Shown here: in pieces, positions 33,232 to 41,952 of the stretch | Layout of the letters: every line of letters begins with the position of its first letter | Numbering within the stretch: position 1 is the stretch's first letter | Source: a virus | IMG/VR virus record: IMGVR_UViG_3300034760_000013 | Coordinates: 1-63,820 of that record | Length of the DNA stretch: 63,820 bases | Strand: one strand, 5' to 3' | Made by a program: the position numbers and the translations under genes | The notes under the pieces: model-generated | Told to the model about the DNA's origin: nothing | The model's database searches: none | Seen by the model: only the letters and a program-made list of their open reading frames with translations

Positions 33232-33482
33232 ACATGCGGGAGGTGGTGGAGTGGATGCAGGATCCAGAGCGCTCGAAACGGTGGACAACCTACTACACCG
33301 GCTACCTCGCGAAGGATCTCTTGGGTGGCCGGCATATGAGCGACGACGTGCTCGCGGAGGCCCGCGAAGTGGCGCGGTATCTCCTAGCCCTGGCTGAGCT
33401 CGAGGTGGTGCATCTCGCCGCCAAGCGTCTCGGGGATTGGCACTATGCCTACCAGGTCAAACGCAAGGGAGCGGTGCATTGA
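33228..33482 (+). CDS. Hypothetical protein
   Basis: ATGA coupling. 84 aa. Confidence 0.5.
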   Translation: MNMREVVEWMQDPERSKRWTTYYTGYLAKDLLGGRHMSDDVLAEAREVARYLLALAELEVVHLAAKRLGDWHYAYQVKRKGAVH

Positions 33483-33733
33483 ACGCGGCCATCATCTGCC
33501 TCTCCAAAGAGATCGACGAGCGCCAGCAGGAGCTCGCCGGCCTGCTCACCGACCTGCACGGCGTCCAGCGCGAGGCCTCACGAGCCCAGGCTAAGGCTTC
33601 GACCCTGCAGCGCGAGATCGGGGAGATGGAGGACGCTCTGGCGAGCCTAACCGTCGCGGCCCTGACAGCGGCGCCCCCGAAGCAGGCATCGCGCACGGTG
33701 ACGAAACCCTCCGATTCACGACAGGATGCCTGA
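33479..33733 (+). CDS. Hypothetical coiled-coil protein
   Basis: The TTG at 33479 overlaps the previous stop. The alternative ATG at 33437 would overlap the previous gene by 46 nt. Confidence 0.4.
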   Translation: MNAAIICLSKEIDERQQELAGLLTDLHGVQREASRAQAKASTLQREIGEMEDALASLTVAALTAAPPKQASRTVTKPSDSRQDA

Positions 33734-33736
33734 CGA

Positions 33737-33955
33737 ATGTGGAACGCTTGGCTTCAACGGCATGTCGCTGTCGACGAGGAGACGAGGCGCGCGGGATGGG
33801 AGCGCTCCGATCGCGCAGAAAGGCTGCGGCGCGATCATAAGCTCCGGCGTGAGGCGCTCGACGTGGCCATAGCGATGTGGCCGGACGCGAGCAGCGAGCA
33901 GCTCATCACGAACACCGAGCGCATCCGCAAATACCTCGCGGGGGAGACGCCATGA
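33737..33955 (+). CDS. Hypothetical protein
   Basis: 72-aa ORF. Its C-terminal tail is shared with the next gene. Confidence 0.5.
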   Translation: MWNAWLQRHVAVDEETRRAGWERSDRAERLRRDHKLRREALDVAIAMWPDASSEQLITNTERIRKYLAGETP

Positions 33956-34230
33956 GGTTCCTGCACAAGGGCGAGACCCACGAGATCCCCGAGAGGTCCG
34001 AGGCGCGCAAGAAATACGAGGAGGGCAGGGACGAGATCTACGCGAAAGCCGCCCTGCGGAATGAGGAGCGCGCCCTGGCGGAAGAGCACCGCCTCGAGGC
34101 AGAGCGGCGCAACCAGGTCAGGCGCGAATCCATCCGCATTGCCCAGACAGCGGGGCCACTCACCACCGAGCAGCTCCTGGCAGACGCTGAGCGCATCCGC
34201 GCATTCCTGGAAGGTGAGGCGAAGCCATGA
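33952..34230 (+). CDS. Hypothetical protein (paralogous C-terminus to 33737..33955)
   Basis: ATGA coupling. TTEQLLADAERIRAFLEGEAKP compared with SSEQLITNTERIRKYLAGETP. Confidence 0.5.
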   Translation: MRFLHKGETHEIPERSEARKKYEEGRDEIYAKAALRNEERALAEEHRLEAERRNQVRRESIRIAQTAGPLTTEQLLADAERIRAFLEGEAKP

Positions 34231-34532
34231 ACAACTGGGACGGATCGCCCTGGACGCCACTGCCTGGCGCCGTGGACGAGCCACCGCCTGACGAGGCGTC
34301 ATATGAGACCAAGAGGGCCGAGTTGAACGCCAAGTTCGAAGCCCTCGCGGCCGCGGTCAGTCAATACGGGGAGCTCGACCCTGACCAGCTCTACGAGTTG
34401 CGCAAGCTGGCGTTGATGATGGCGGTCGAGGCGACAGACCAGACCGGCTGTCACTCTGTCCAGGGCACTCAGCATCTGCTGCAGCGCGCCGATAGCTTCT
34501 ACGCCTGGCTCACCGCGGAGGTGGCGCCATGA
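34227..34532 (+). CDS. Hypothetical protein
   Basis: ATGA coupling. 101 aa. Confidence 0.5.
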   Translation: MNNWDGSPWTPLPGAVDEPPPDEASYETKRAELNAKFEALAAAVSQYGELDPDQLYELRKLALMMAVEATDQTGCHSVQGTQHLLQRADSFYAWLTAEVAP

Positions 34533-34711
34533 CCTGGATGGTCCCAGCCTACCAGTTTTCCAGCGCACTGCTGCTGGGCGCCCTGGCGGTGCTGCACCTG
34601 CAGCCTGACTGTCACAGGCCATCCGTAGCCCTGGGCGTGTTCTTCGCCGTGGTGGGCGTCGTCAACCTGGTGATGGCGATCGCCGGTCTGAGTGAGGTGA
34701 TGGCGCCATGA
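34529..34711 (+). CDS. Small membrane protein
   Basis: 60 aa with two hydrophobic stretches. Confidence 0.5.
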   Translation: MTWMVPAYQFSSALLLGALAVLHLQPDCHRPSVALGVFFAVVGVVNLVMAIAGLSEVMAP

Positions 34712-34881
34712 TCGACCCCATGCAGATCTCCGAGGCGATCAACAACACGGTCGGCTTCTACCTCTGGACACGCTTCGCGACCGAGACTCTGACCGGCATG
34801 CTCGTGGTCGGCACTGGCGTCCTGCTTTTCTGGCTCGCGTGGCGCCTCCTCATCATCACGTTTGGGGATTCCAAAAAATGA
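34708..34881 (+). CDS. Small membrane protein (57 aa, below the ORF-track cutoff)
   Basis: Manual translation gives MIDPMQISEAINNTVGFYLW...LVVGTGVLLFWLAWRLLIITFGDSKK. ATGA coupling at both ends. Confidence 0.5.
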   Translation: MIDPMQISEAINNTVGFYLWTRFATETLTGMLVVGTGVLLFWLAWRLLIITFGDSKK

Positions 34882-35102
34882 TCGACTACGACCCGACGAA
34901 GCCCGTCCTGGCCCGCGCCGGCAAGCTGCTGCCCATGACCGACCAGGAGATCGACGACCACCTGGACGGGCGCACCACCGACCCTGATCCGATCACACAC
35001 GACGACCTGCGCAGCATGGCAGCGTCGCTGCTCGCTACGTCCGAGGCCAGGGACCAGGCCAGTGGGCCGCTGGTGATCGAGCACGAGGCCGCGCCGCCAT
35101 GA
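34878..35102 (+). CDS. Hypothetical acidic protein
   Basis: ATGA coupling. 74 aa. Confidence 0.5.
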   Translation: MIDYDPTKPVLARAGKLLPMTDQEIDDHLDGRTTDPDPITHDDLRSMAASLLATSEARDQASGPLVIEHEAAPP

Positions 35103-35257
35103 CCCAGATCGACAGGATCGTCATCTTCGTCATTCTGGCGCTTGCCCTGATGTACTGGATCGTGGCCGCGAGCCAGCGCACACGCTTCTGCACTGAGATG
35201 GAGGCCGAACTGAAGCGCACCGGGGCGACCGCGGTCGACTGCGAGTGGACCCCATGA
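35099..35257 (+). CDS. Small membrane protein (52 aa, below the ORF-track cutoff)
   Basis: Manual translation gives MTQIDRIVIFVILALALMYWIVAASQR... ATGA coupling. Confidence 0.45.
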   Translation: MTQIDRIVIFVILALALMYWIVAASQRTRFCTEMEAELKRTGATAVDCEWTP

Positions 35258-35299
35258 GCGGCATCGGTGTTAACCCCTGCGTTAACAACAGGAGCTCCC

Positions 35300-35515
35300 A
35301 TGCCCAGCCTCGCCATCACCCTCGCCATCGCCGCCGGATCCACGCTGCCGATCTATCCGGAGGAGCACCGCGCCTGCACCGTGCCGGGCACGCAGCCCCA
35401 GTACGCCAGCGTTCATTGCGTCCAACACCCCACGGAGCTGACACATGAGAGAGGACCGCGCCATCGCCATGCACCTGGGCGAGCTGACCATGAAGCTCGT
35501 CCGGCGCCAGGTTAA
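35300..35515 (+). CDS. Hypothetical small protein (weak call)
   Basis: AGGAG RBS 5 nt before the ATG. The 3' part overlaps the next gene by 71 nt and looks non-native. Confidence 0.3.
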   Translation: MPSLAITLAIAAGSTLPIYPEEHRACTVPGTQPQYASVHCVQHPTELTHERGPRHRHAPGRADHEARPAPG

Positions 35516-36197
35516 GATAAAAGAGCTGCACGAGACCATCGCCAACATGCTCGACAGCCAGCGTCGCTCCGACGCGAGGTTCATCGAGCGCCAAAAAGAG
35601 GCCGAATACCAGCTCAAGCAGGCGCGCAGCACGGAGAACGACCTGCACAACCAGATCGCGGAGTTGAAAGGCCAGCAGCCCCGCGGGGCGAACGACCGGG
35701 CCATAGAGGCGATCAAGGAGCTGCCCGAGATGATCGATGCCGCACGCAAGCTGTCCGAGGAGCCGGAGGAGCCGGCGCGCAGGCTACCCGGCACTGGCGT
35801 GCTGAAAAATCCCAACCTCCCGAAGCCCGAGCCGATCACCGACGAGGATCTGAAGAGGCTGCGCGGCGAGCCCCGGCTTCGCAACAGGGACGCCGTAGAC
35901 AAGATGCGTGTGCTGAGAGGGTTCAACGGCAACGACAACCCGCCGCTGCCCGAGCACACGGCCTCGCCGAGCGACTACGTCGATCGTGAGACCGAGATCG
36001 GAGAGCTCGAGGCCAGGCTAATCAAGGGCGACCCGCTCCAACCGCTGTCCGAGGAGGCGCGCGTGCCGGAGGAGCCCAAGGTCGACCCCAACCCAGCCTA
36101 CCAGACCAACTGGGAACCGCCCGATCCAGGCTTGTGGTCAACACCCCAACCCAGCCGCGAGCCGATCATCTCCCGCTGGTCAGGGACCGCGCTATGA
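35445..36197 (+). CDS. Coiled-coil protein
   Basis: 250 aa. GGAG 8 nt upstream. Long charged helices. Confidence 0.55.
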   Translation: MREDRAIAMHLGELTMKLVRRQVKIKELHETIANMLDSQRRSDARFIERQKEAEYQLKQARSTENDLHNQIAELKGQQPRGANDRAIEAIKELPEMIDAARKLSEEPEEPARRLPGTGVLKNPNLPKPEPITDEDLKRLRGEPRLRNRDAVDKMRVLRGFNGNDNPPLPEHTASPSDYVDRETEIGELEARLIKGDPLQPLSEEARVPEEPKVDPNPAYQTNWEPPDPGLWSTPQPSREPIISRWSGTAL

Positions 36198-36358
36198 GCG
36201 CGATGAGGGGCATCGACGAGTTCGTCGACTTCCTGGACTGGCTAGGCACACGCGACATGGCCACGGTCTGCCTGCACTACGACGACTACCATCTGCTCAA
36301 AGACAGGCTGGAGAAGGAGGGCGCGCGCATCGCTTGCTGTTCAAGTGCGTGGGCGTGA
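36194..36358 (+). CDS. Hypothetical small protein
   Basis: ATGA coupling. 54 aa. Last gene before a 280-bp non-coding region. Confidence 0.45.
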   Translation: MSAMRGIDEFVDFLDWLGTRDMATVCLHYDDYHLLKDRLEKEGARIACCSSAWA

Positions 36359-36390
36359 CCGACCGACGCCAACCCGTTGGCCCTCTTGCC

Positions 36391-36637
36391 GAATCTCCAG
36401 GAGATGCCGCATAATATGCGCGGCAGAGCCCCTGTTCCTCATGTCGGGGGCCCTCCTTTCTAGGGTTATCAGGTGCCGGCCGCGATGTGAGAGTCCCTTC
36501 TCGCGGCCGCACCACCCTAAGACACTGAAATCACTACCAGAATCGTCTCGTCCCGTCTAAAGCTGTGCTCGTAGGGAGCACTGTTCGAGTCATCGGGACC
36601 GGCAACGCTTCGCCTCTCCCCATGACACAGGGGATTC
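36391..36637. promoter_or_regulatory. Non-coding region upstream of the late operon carrying five GANTC sites, two stem-loops and a TTGCCG-N18-CATAAT promoter-like element
   Basis: GANTC at 36391, 36491, 36540, 36587 and 36633. Stem CGGCCGCGA/TCGCGGCCG at about 36476-36508. GTGCTC-GTAGG-GAGCAC at about 36566-36582. Confidence 0.5.
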
Positions 36638-36638
36638 G

Positions 36639-37025
36639 ATGGCGATTTTTTTCATTACGCTCAAAGAAACGAAGTCAGATGGGACGCGCCAGGCTTTCCC
36701 GTTCAAGTGCGACTGCGCATCGGGCGCTGACCTGATCGAGCAGCTCGCCAAGGGCGGCAAGAACGGCTTGGGAGTGCCAGGCACTCAGCTCGTCTACCAG
36801 CCCGGCCCAGAGGGCACCAAGATCGTCACCCGTGAATCCTTCAGGACGCTGCGCCTGGAGAAGGTCGACGACATCCAGCAGAGCAACGCCAGGTTCGTCT
36901 TTGAAACGCGAAAGGCTCCCGCGGAGGGAGCCTTTGATGGAATGAGACGGGATGGAATGGGACTGAATACTGGGACGAGACTACCGACGGTAAGCACGGC
37001 TCAGGGCCGTGTTCTCACAGCCTAA
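36639..37025 (+). CDS. Hypothetical protein (first gene of the late block)
   Basis: 128-aa ORF with a purine-rich RBS. Confidence 0.55.
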   Translation: MAIFFITLKETKSDGTRQAFPFKCDCASGADLIEQLAKGGKNGLGVPGTQLVYQPGPEGTKIVTRESFRTLRLEKVDDIQQSNARFVFETRKAPAEGAFDGMRRDGMGLNTGTRLPTVSTAQGRVLTA

Positions 37026-37051
37026 ACACCACAGCCTCGCGAGCAGTTCCA

Positions 37052-37456
37052 ATGAATTTCGACACAGAGCTGGTGAAGCGGGCGACTGACACTGCCGGCC
37101 GCATCGCGTTTGAAGAACCGGATGTCGCCAAGACGATGCGCGACTGCGCCAGGGCACTCGACCAGGTGCGCGAACTCATTGAGACCATGCCGACCGCGAT
37201 CGAGCGCGCCAAGGAATACGCCACCATCCAGGGCTCGATCGCTACGCTCGGCGCCGTTGCCACCCTGATTCACAATGAGGCGGTCAACCTGGCGCATGGC
37301 AATCGCGGCATCGTGCCGTCGGCCAAGTTCGCCGAGGCCATCGGCCAGGCCCTCGACGTCAACAAGGCCGAGTTCGAGGCGATGCTGGCCGAGATGACCA
37401 CCCGCGATTTCGGCATGCCCGGCATCGCGAACGACAACGGTGGCAGGGTCCAATGA
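37052..37456 (+). CDS. Hypothetical protein
   Basis: 134-aa ORF with coding-like composition. Confidence 0.55.
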   Translation: MNFDTELVKRATDTAGRIAFEEPDVAKTMRDCARALDQVRELIETMPTAIERAKEYATIQGSIATLGAVATLIHNEAVNLAHGNRGIVPSAKFAEAIGQALDVNKAEFEAMLAEMTTRDFGMPGIANDNGGRVQ

Positions 37457-37689
37457 GTTTCGACGAGCTGATGGCCAAACCCGACAAACCCGACAAACCC
37501 ATGGACCCCGAGGTGCGCATTGCCCGCGCCCTGGCGGCCAAGGCTGCAATCGAGCAGGCGCTGTCCCGACGCCTCGATCGAGCCGAGCAAGAAGTCAGAA
37601 TGGGCATGAAGGAAGGTGACACCCTCGTCACGTCCGACGGCAAGCGCTTCAGTCTGCGGCGCACCTGGATCCTGGAGGAAGCCACATGA
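37453..37689 (+). CDS. Hypothetical protein
   Basis: ATGA coupling. 78 aa. Confidence 0.5.
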   Translation: MSFDELMAKPDKPDKPMDPEVRIARALAAKAAIEQALSRRLDRAEQEVRMGMKEGDTLVTSDGKRFSLRRTWILEEAT

Positions 37690-37940
37690 CCTTTGAGATC
37701 GGCGACACAGTCGAGATGCTGAGCGGTGGCCCTGTGATGACAATCAGCGGCCGCCCGTCGAAATCCAAGCTCGTGAGCTGCGAGTGGTTCGTGGGAGGCA
37801 ACCATCACTGGGACGCCTTCGAGCCGGCCATGCTGCGCAAGGTCGACCAGGCCACCATCGACGCCGCCCCGGTCGCCATCAACCCAGGCGAGACGTTCGA
37901 CGCACGCATCGAGATCCTCGCGGAGGTCACACCATCATGA
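37686..37940 (+). CDS. DUF2158 (YodC-like) small protein
   Basis: FEIGDTVEMLSGGPVMTISG...CEWF matches the DUF2158 pattern. Confidence 0.65.
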   Translation: MTFEIGDTVEMLSGGPVMTISGRPSKSKLVSCEWFVGGNHHWDAFEPAMLRKVDQATIDAAPVAINPGETFDARIEILAEVTPS

Positions 37941-38272
37941 TGATGCCCAGCATCGGCGAGCGCGCCGCAGAGTTCGAGGCGCTCAACACACCGGACGCGA
38001 CCAAAGAGGAGCTGCACGCTGCGCTCCAGGCCGCAACGACCTTCATCCGCTCACTGCAGGTGTTCGACCTGCCATCGCCCTGGCTGCGCACCGGCGCGCC
38101 ATATCGCACGGCCCTGTCCCAGCTCGCGCCCTCAACTGAGGACGAAATTTGGGACAACCCCCTGGCTGGCCCGATGCCGGGCGAGCCCTACGCGGACAAC
38201 CGCTTCACCTTGCCGCCGCTGCACGGCAACAACGACAACCTCATCCTCGTCAGCGACCAGGCCTACGGATGA
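37937..38272 (+). CDS. Hypothetical protein
   Basis: ATGA coupling. 111 aa. Confidence 0.5.
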   Translation: MMMPSIGERAAEFEALNTPDATKEELHAALQAATTFIRSLQVFDLPSPWLRTGAPYRTALSQLAPSTEDEIWDNPLAGPMPGEPYADNRFTLPPLHGNNDNLILVSDQAYG

Positions 38273-38478
38273 GCATCGACCGAGCCATGACCTACGACGA
38301 GCTCATCGCCCTTCGCACGGCATACGCTGAGCACCAGAAGGTCGTGGATGTGATCGACGAGCTGGTCGGGCGTCGACTGACGGAGGTGCTGGCAGCGCGC
38401 GACCTGGGCCTGCCTTACCGCGCCCACGTCTACTCGGCGTCTCCCATCGATAAGTTCGCGCCCCAGGATCTCGACTGA
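38269..38478 (+). CDS. Hypothetical protein
   Basis: ATGA coupling. 69 aa. Confidence 0.5.
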   Translation: MSIDRAMTYDELIALRTAYAEHQKVVDVIDELVGRRLTEVLAARDLGLPYRAHVYSASPIDKFAPQDLD

Positions 38479-39002
38479 TGCCGACGCCAGCCAAGGTCAC
38501 CGAGGAGGAGCTGATGCAGCTCTACCTCTCGCTGCCCGCCGGCGCCCGGCGCCCGTCTCACATGGCCGCTGCGTTGCGTCAGAAGGGCGTCATCATCGCG
38601 CGCCAGAGCGTCCATGAGCGCATGCAGGAATGGGACATCGTCGAGCGTGCTGCCGTCCAGGCTCGCGACCAGACGCGCCAGGCTGTGGCCGCGGCCGTGG
38701 TCGAGCAGATGGCTAACCTCAACGACGGCCAGGAGCTGCTTGCCGGCCTTATCGCCAAGGCGACAGCTCTCCTGGATGCGCATGAACCGACCAGCCTGAA
38801 GGACGTGCTGACGATCGTCGAGTGCGCCGCCAAGCTGATGGTGGCCGACAGCAAAGTGCGCACGGACATCGCGCAGATCAAAGCCAACACGCCGCCACCA
38901 CCGCCCGAGCGCAAGGCGCGCAGCGAAGAGGTCACCTTCGACTTCCAGGAGATCCTGCGCCAGGCCGAGGAGCGGAAGGCCGCTTTCCAGGGCGCGAAGT
39001 AA
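38478..39002 (+). CDS. Terminase small subunit candidate
   Basis: 174 aa. HTH-like N-terminus followed by a helical oligomerisation-like region. Directly upstream of terL. Confidence 0.55.
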   Translation: MPTPAKVTEEELMQLYLSLPAGARRPSHMAAALRQKGVIIARQSVHERMQEWDIVERAAVQARDQTRQAVAAAVVEQMANLNDGQELLAGLIAKATALLDAHEPTSLKDVLTIVECAAKLMVADSKVRTDIAQIKANTPPPPPERKARSEEVTFDFQEILRQAEERKAAFQGAK

Positions 39003-39011
39003 GGTCGGCCC

Positions 39012-41621
39012 ATGAAGGGCCTGCGCTACCTACCCGACTGCCGAGTGCTGTCGACCGTGAGCCTGGTGCAGTCCCTGAAGGCGGCCGACTATTGGACCGC
39101 CTCTGCCATGTACGACGCGATCGAGGAGAAGGACGAGCTCACCGACACCGAGCTGGCGTTTCTCGGCTGCAACGACCGCTTCTACCTGCTCGCCTACCTC
39201 TGCAATCGCAAGGACGTGCGGCACCCCTGGCTATTTGATCGCTGCCGCGAGGTCGAGGCTGACCCTGATGACCGCTTAGACCTCTGGGCCAGGTGGCACT
39301 ACAAATCCACGATCATCACGTTCGCGGGGGCAATCCAGGAGATCCTCGCCGACCCCGAGATCACGATCGGGATCTTCGCGGCCAAAAACGACGTAGCGAG
39401 ACCCTTCTTGATGCAGATCGCGGAGGAGCTCGCCGGCAACGAGCGGTTGAAGCGCATCTACAGCGACGTCCTGTGGGCTAATCCGAAGGCGGAAGCTCCC
39501 ACCTGGGCTGTCGATAAAGGCATAGCCGTCAAGCGTGTGAGCAACCCGAAGGAGCGCACAGTCGAGGCCTACGGCCTCATCGACGGAATGCCTACGGGCC
39601 GACATTTTCGCCTCCTGATCTACGACGACCTGGTCACCGAGAAGCTCGTCAACAACGAGGAGCAGGTCAAGAAATGCACCCAACGCTGGGAGCTGTCCAC
39701 CAACCTGGGCTCCGGTGAGAACGCCAGGCGCTGGCACATCGGGACAAGATACTGCACAATCGGCAGCATGCGAATCCTCATGTCTGACTGGTCCCACAAG
39801 CCAATTTCCGAGGTGAAGGTCGGCGATGAAATCGTCGGCTGGGAACTGCGCGACGGTAAGCGCTGGCTTCGACCATCCAAGGTAGTCGACCGTGGCATGC
39901 ATGCTAACGAGCCCGTCCGGCGCTTTGGCTTTGAGAACGGGCGCACAGTGACGTGCACAGCGGATCATCGCTGGTGGCGCGGTGCACATGGTGGCGGGCC
40001 CGAATACGCGCCTCTGGCGCTTCCTGGCCATGGCAGGCGGGCTAAGGGCAAGAAGGCACCTGCAGGACACCTGATGCACATCAGGCAGCTCCTCGTCCCC
40101 GTCGATCCTGATCCTGGCCGCGAAGCCGGCTGGCTGGCTGGGTTCTATGACGGTGAGGGCACGTTCAAGAAGAACAAGAACCATCCGAGCGGCGTGGTTG
40201 CGCTCACGCAGACAATGGCAAACCCCGGTCTGATCGAAAAGGTGCGCGTAGCGCTTGGTGCGCTCGGCTTTGTCTGGACCGAGTCATGGTTCAAGCCAAG
40301 CGAAGGCACTATTGTCCCGTCCAAGCCACACCTCAACATGAAGGCATGGAAGGACCGCTGCGCCTTCTACATCAACGGCGGGTGGCGCGAGCGCTACCGC
40401 TTCCTCGCGCAGATCGCGCCCACACGCCGGGACAAAATCGCCGAAAGCCTGTTCGGGCAGCTCACGACCGATGGCCTCAAAGTCACATCCGACGAGGATG
40501 CAGGAACGGCCGAGGTGCACTGGCTCGAAACCGAAACTGGCAACTACGTCATCGAGGGTTTCTGCTCGAGCAATAGCTACGGCGACACCTATGGGCTGAT
40601 CATGTCCCGCGGCTCCGTGCAAGAACGCAAATACCCAGCCACGCACAACGGCAAGATGGAGGGCGTCCCCGTCTTCATGAGTCAGGCGGCCTGGGACAAG
40701 GTGAAGCGCGATCAGCGCTCGAGCTGCGCCGCGCAGATGCTGCAGAACCCCCTCGAGGGCAGCAACAATATGTTCGATCCGCGGTCACTGCGCTCCTACG
40801 CGACCAGGCCGAGGGTTCTGAACATTTATATCATGGGCGATCCGTCCCATGGATCGAAGGCCAAGACCTCCGACCGCACGGCGATCGTGGTGGTGGGCGT
40901 CGACAGCACCGGCAACAAGTATCTCTTGGACGGCTATGCGCACCGCATGCGCCTGACCGATCGCTGGAAGAACCTGCAGAACCTCTACAGGAAGTGGAAG
41001 CCGGACAACGCACCAGGCGTGCAGAGCATCAAAGTCGGCTGGGAGCGCTACGGTATGCAGTCCGACCTGGACTACTTCCAGGAGCAGATGATGATGCCCG
41101 ACGCTGAAAACTTCCCCATCCAGGAGCTGAACTGGACGCGCGAGGGCAACGAGAGCAAGAAAGCCCGCGTCGGTCGCCTCGAGCCGGATTTCGGCAACAG
41201 CCGCTTCTTCCTGCCGGCCAAGGTCTATGTGAACAACGCCCCCTGGATAGGCGAGGACGGCAGACCTCAGTCTGGGCCGCGCGTCTGCAACTGGTATGTG
41301 GACGAGGAGAGCGGCGAGGTCCGGTGGAAGCCGATCAAGCTCAACCCCGAGCGCGGCAACATCCCCTACGAGTCGAAGATGGAGCGCCAGCTCCGGCAGT
41401 CCGGAGATGGCTTCCTGGTGATCGAGCCAATCCAGCGGCGGGATCCCAACGACCGCAGCGCCTATGACCTGACGCGCATGTTCTTTGAGGAGTTCAGATT
41501 GTTTCCTTTAGCGCCGCACGACGACCTCATCGACGCGACGGCGCGCATCTACGACATGAGCCCGCACCCGGCGATAGTGATCGACCAGACTTTGATGTTG
41601 AGCCCCGTTTATGCCGATTGA
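39012..41621 (+). CDS. terL: Terminase large subunit, interrupted by a 274-aa intein
   Basis: Walker-A-like ARWHYKST, Walker-B LLIYDDLV, and ...RWHIGTRY | intein | SYGDTYGLIM. C-terminal nuclease-like region with IMGDPSHG...D and DDLIDA. Confidence 0.85.
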   Translation: MKGLRYLPDCRVLSTVSLVQSLKAADYWTASAMYDAIEEKDELTDTELAFLGCNDRFYLLAYLCNRKDVRHPWLFDRCREVEADPDDRLDLWARWHYKSTIITFAGAIQEILADPEITIGIFAAKNDVARPFLMQIAEELAGNERLKRIYSDVLWANPKAEAPTWAVDKGIAVKRVSNPKERTVEAYGLIDGMPTGRHFRLLIYDDLVTEKLVNNEEQVKKCTQRWELSTNLGSGENARRWHIGTRYCTIGSMRILMSDWSHKPISEVKVGDEIVGWELRDGKRWLRPSKVVDRGMHANEPVRRFGFENGRTVTCTADHRWWRGAHGGGPEYAPLALPGHGRRAKGKKAPAGHLMHIRQLLVPVDPDPGREAGWLAGFYDGEGTFKKNKNHPSGVVALTQTMANPGLIEKVRVALGALGFVWTESWFKPSEGTIVPSKPHLNMKAWKDRCAFYINGGWRERYRFLAQIAPTRRDKIAESLFGQLTTDGLKVTSDEDAGTAEVHWLETETGNYVIEGFCSSNSYGDTYGLIMSRGSVQERKYPATHNGKMEGVPVFMSQAAWDKVKRDQRSSCAAQMLQNPLEGSNNMFDPRSLRSYATRPRVLNIYIMGDPSHGSKAKTSDRTAIVVVGVDSTGNKYLLDGYAHRMRLTDRWKNLQNLYRKWKPDNAPGVQSIKVGWERYGMQSDLDYFQEQMMMPDAENFPIQELNWTREGNESKKARVGRLEPDFGNSRFFLPAKVYVNNAPWIGEDGRPQSGPRVCNWYVDEESGEVRWKPIKLNPERGNIPYESKMERQLRQSGDGFLVIEPIQRRDPNDRSAYDLTRMFFEEFRLFPLAPHDDLIDATARIYDMSPHPAIVIDQTLMLSPVYAD
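39753..40574 (+). mobile_element. Intein (Hint domain with a LAGLIDADG-like motif) within terL
   Basis: Starts with Cys (CTIGSMRIL). Block B TCTADH. LAGFYDGEGTF motif. Ends ...VHWLETETGNYVIEGFCSSN followed by +1 Ser. Joining the exteins gives GTRY-SYGD. Confidence 0.8.
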
Positions 41622-41952
41622 GCTGCCGCGCGAACACGCATAGCCTCCGACTCAGGGTGCAGCGCAAGCTGCCGAAAGCCGGGGTCACTCCAGACGTCGG
41701 GCCCCAGGATTTGACGCTAGCGGTTTCCCGCCTGAATACCGCAATGCGCCAAAGGCGAGGGCTCGGAACCAGTCCCATGCAAGCTCTGAAACCAGCCCTC
41801 GCCACTTCCCTTCTGCTCCGAACTGTCACCGTATGGTGCGCGTGCCGGCCAATCGGCCGGATAGGAGCAGACGCCGGTGATGTGTGGTGCCCCGCTGGTG
41901 CTAGGGGCTACAAGAACGACTGCACGTCTGAAATCGGACCAGCGGGCCGGCG

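Noticed and set aside
39276-40184. 302-aa minus-strand ORF opposite terL and the intein
   Set aside because: Shadow ORF. The plus-strand frame has terminase Walker motifs and intein blocks.
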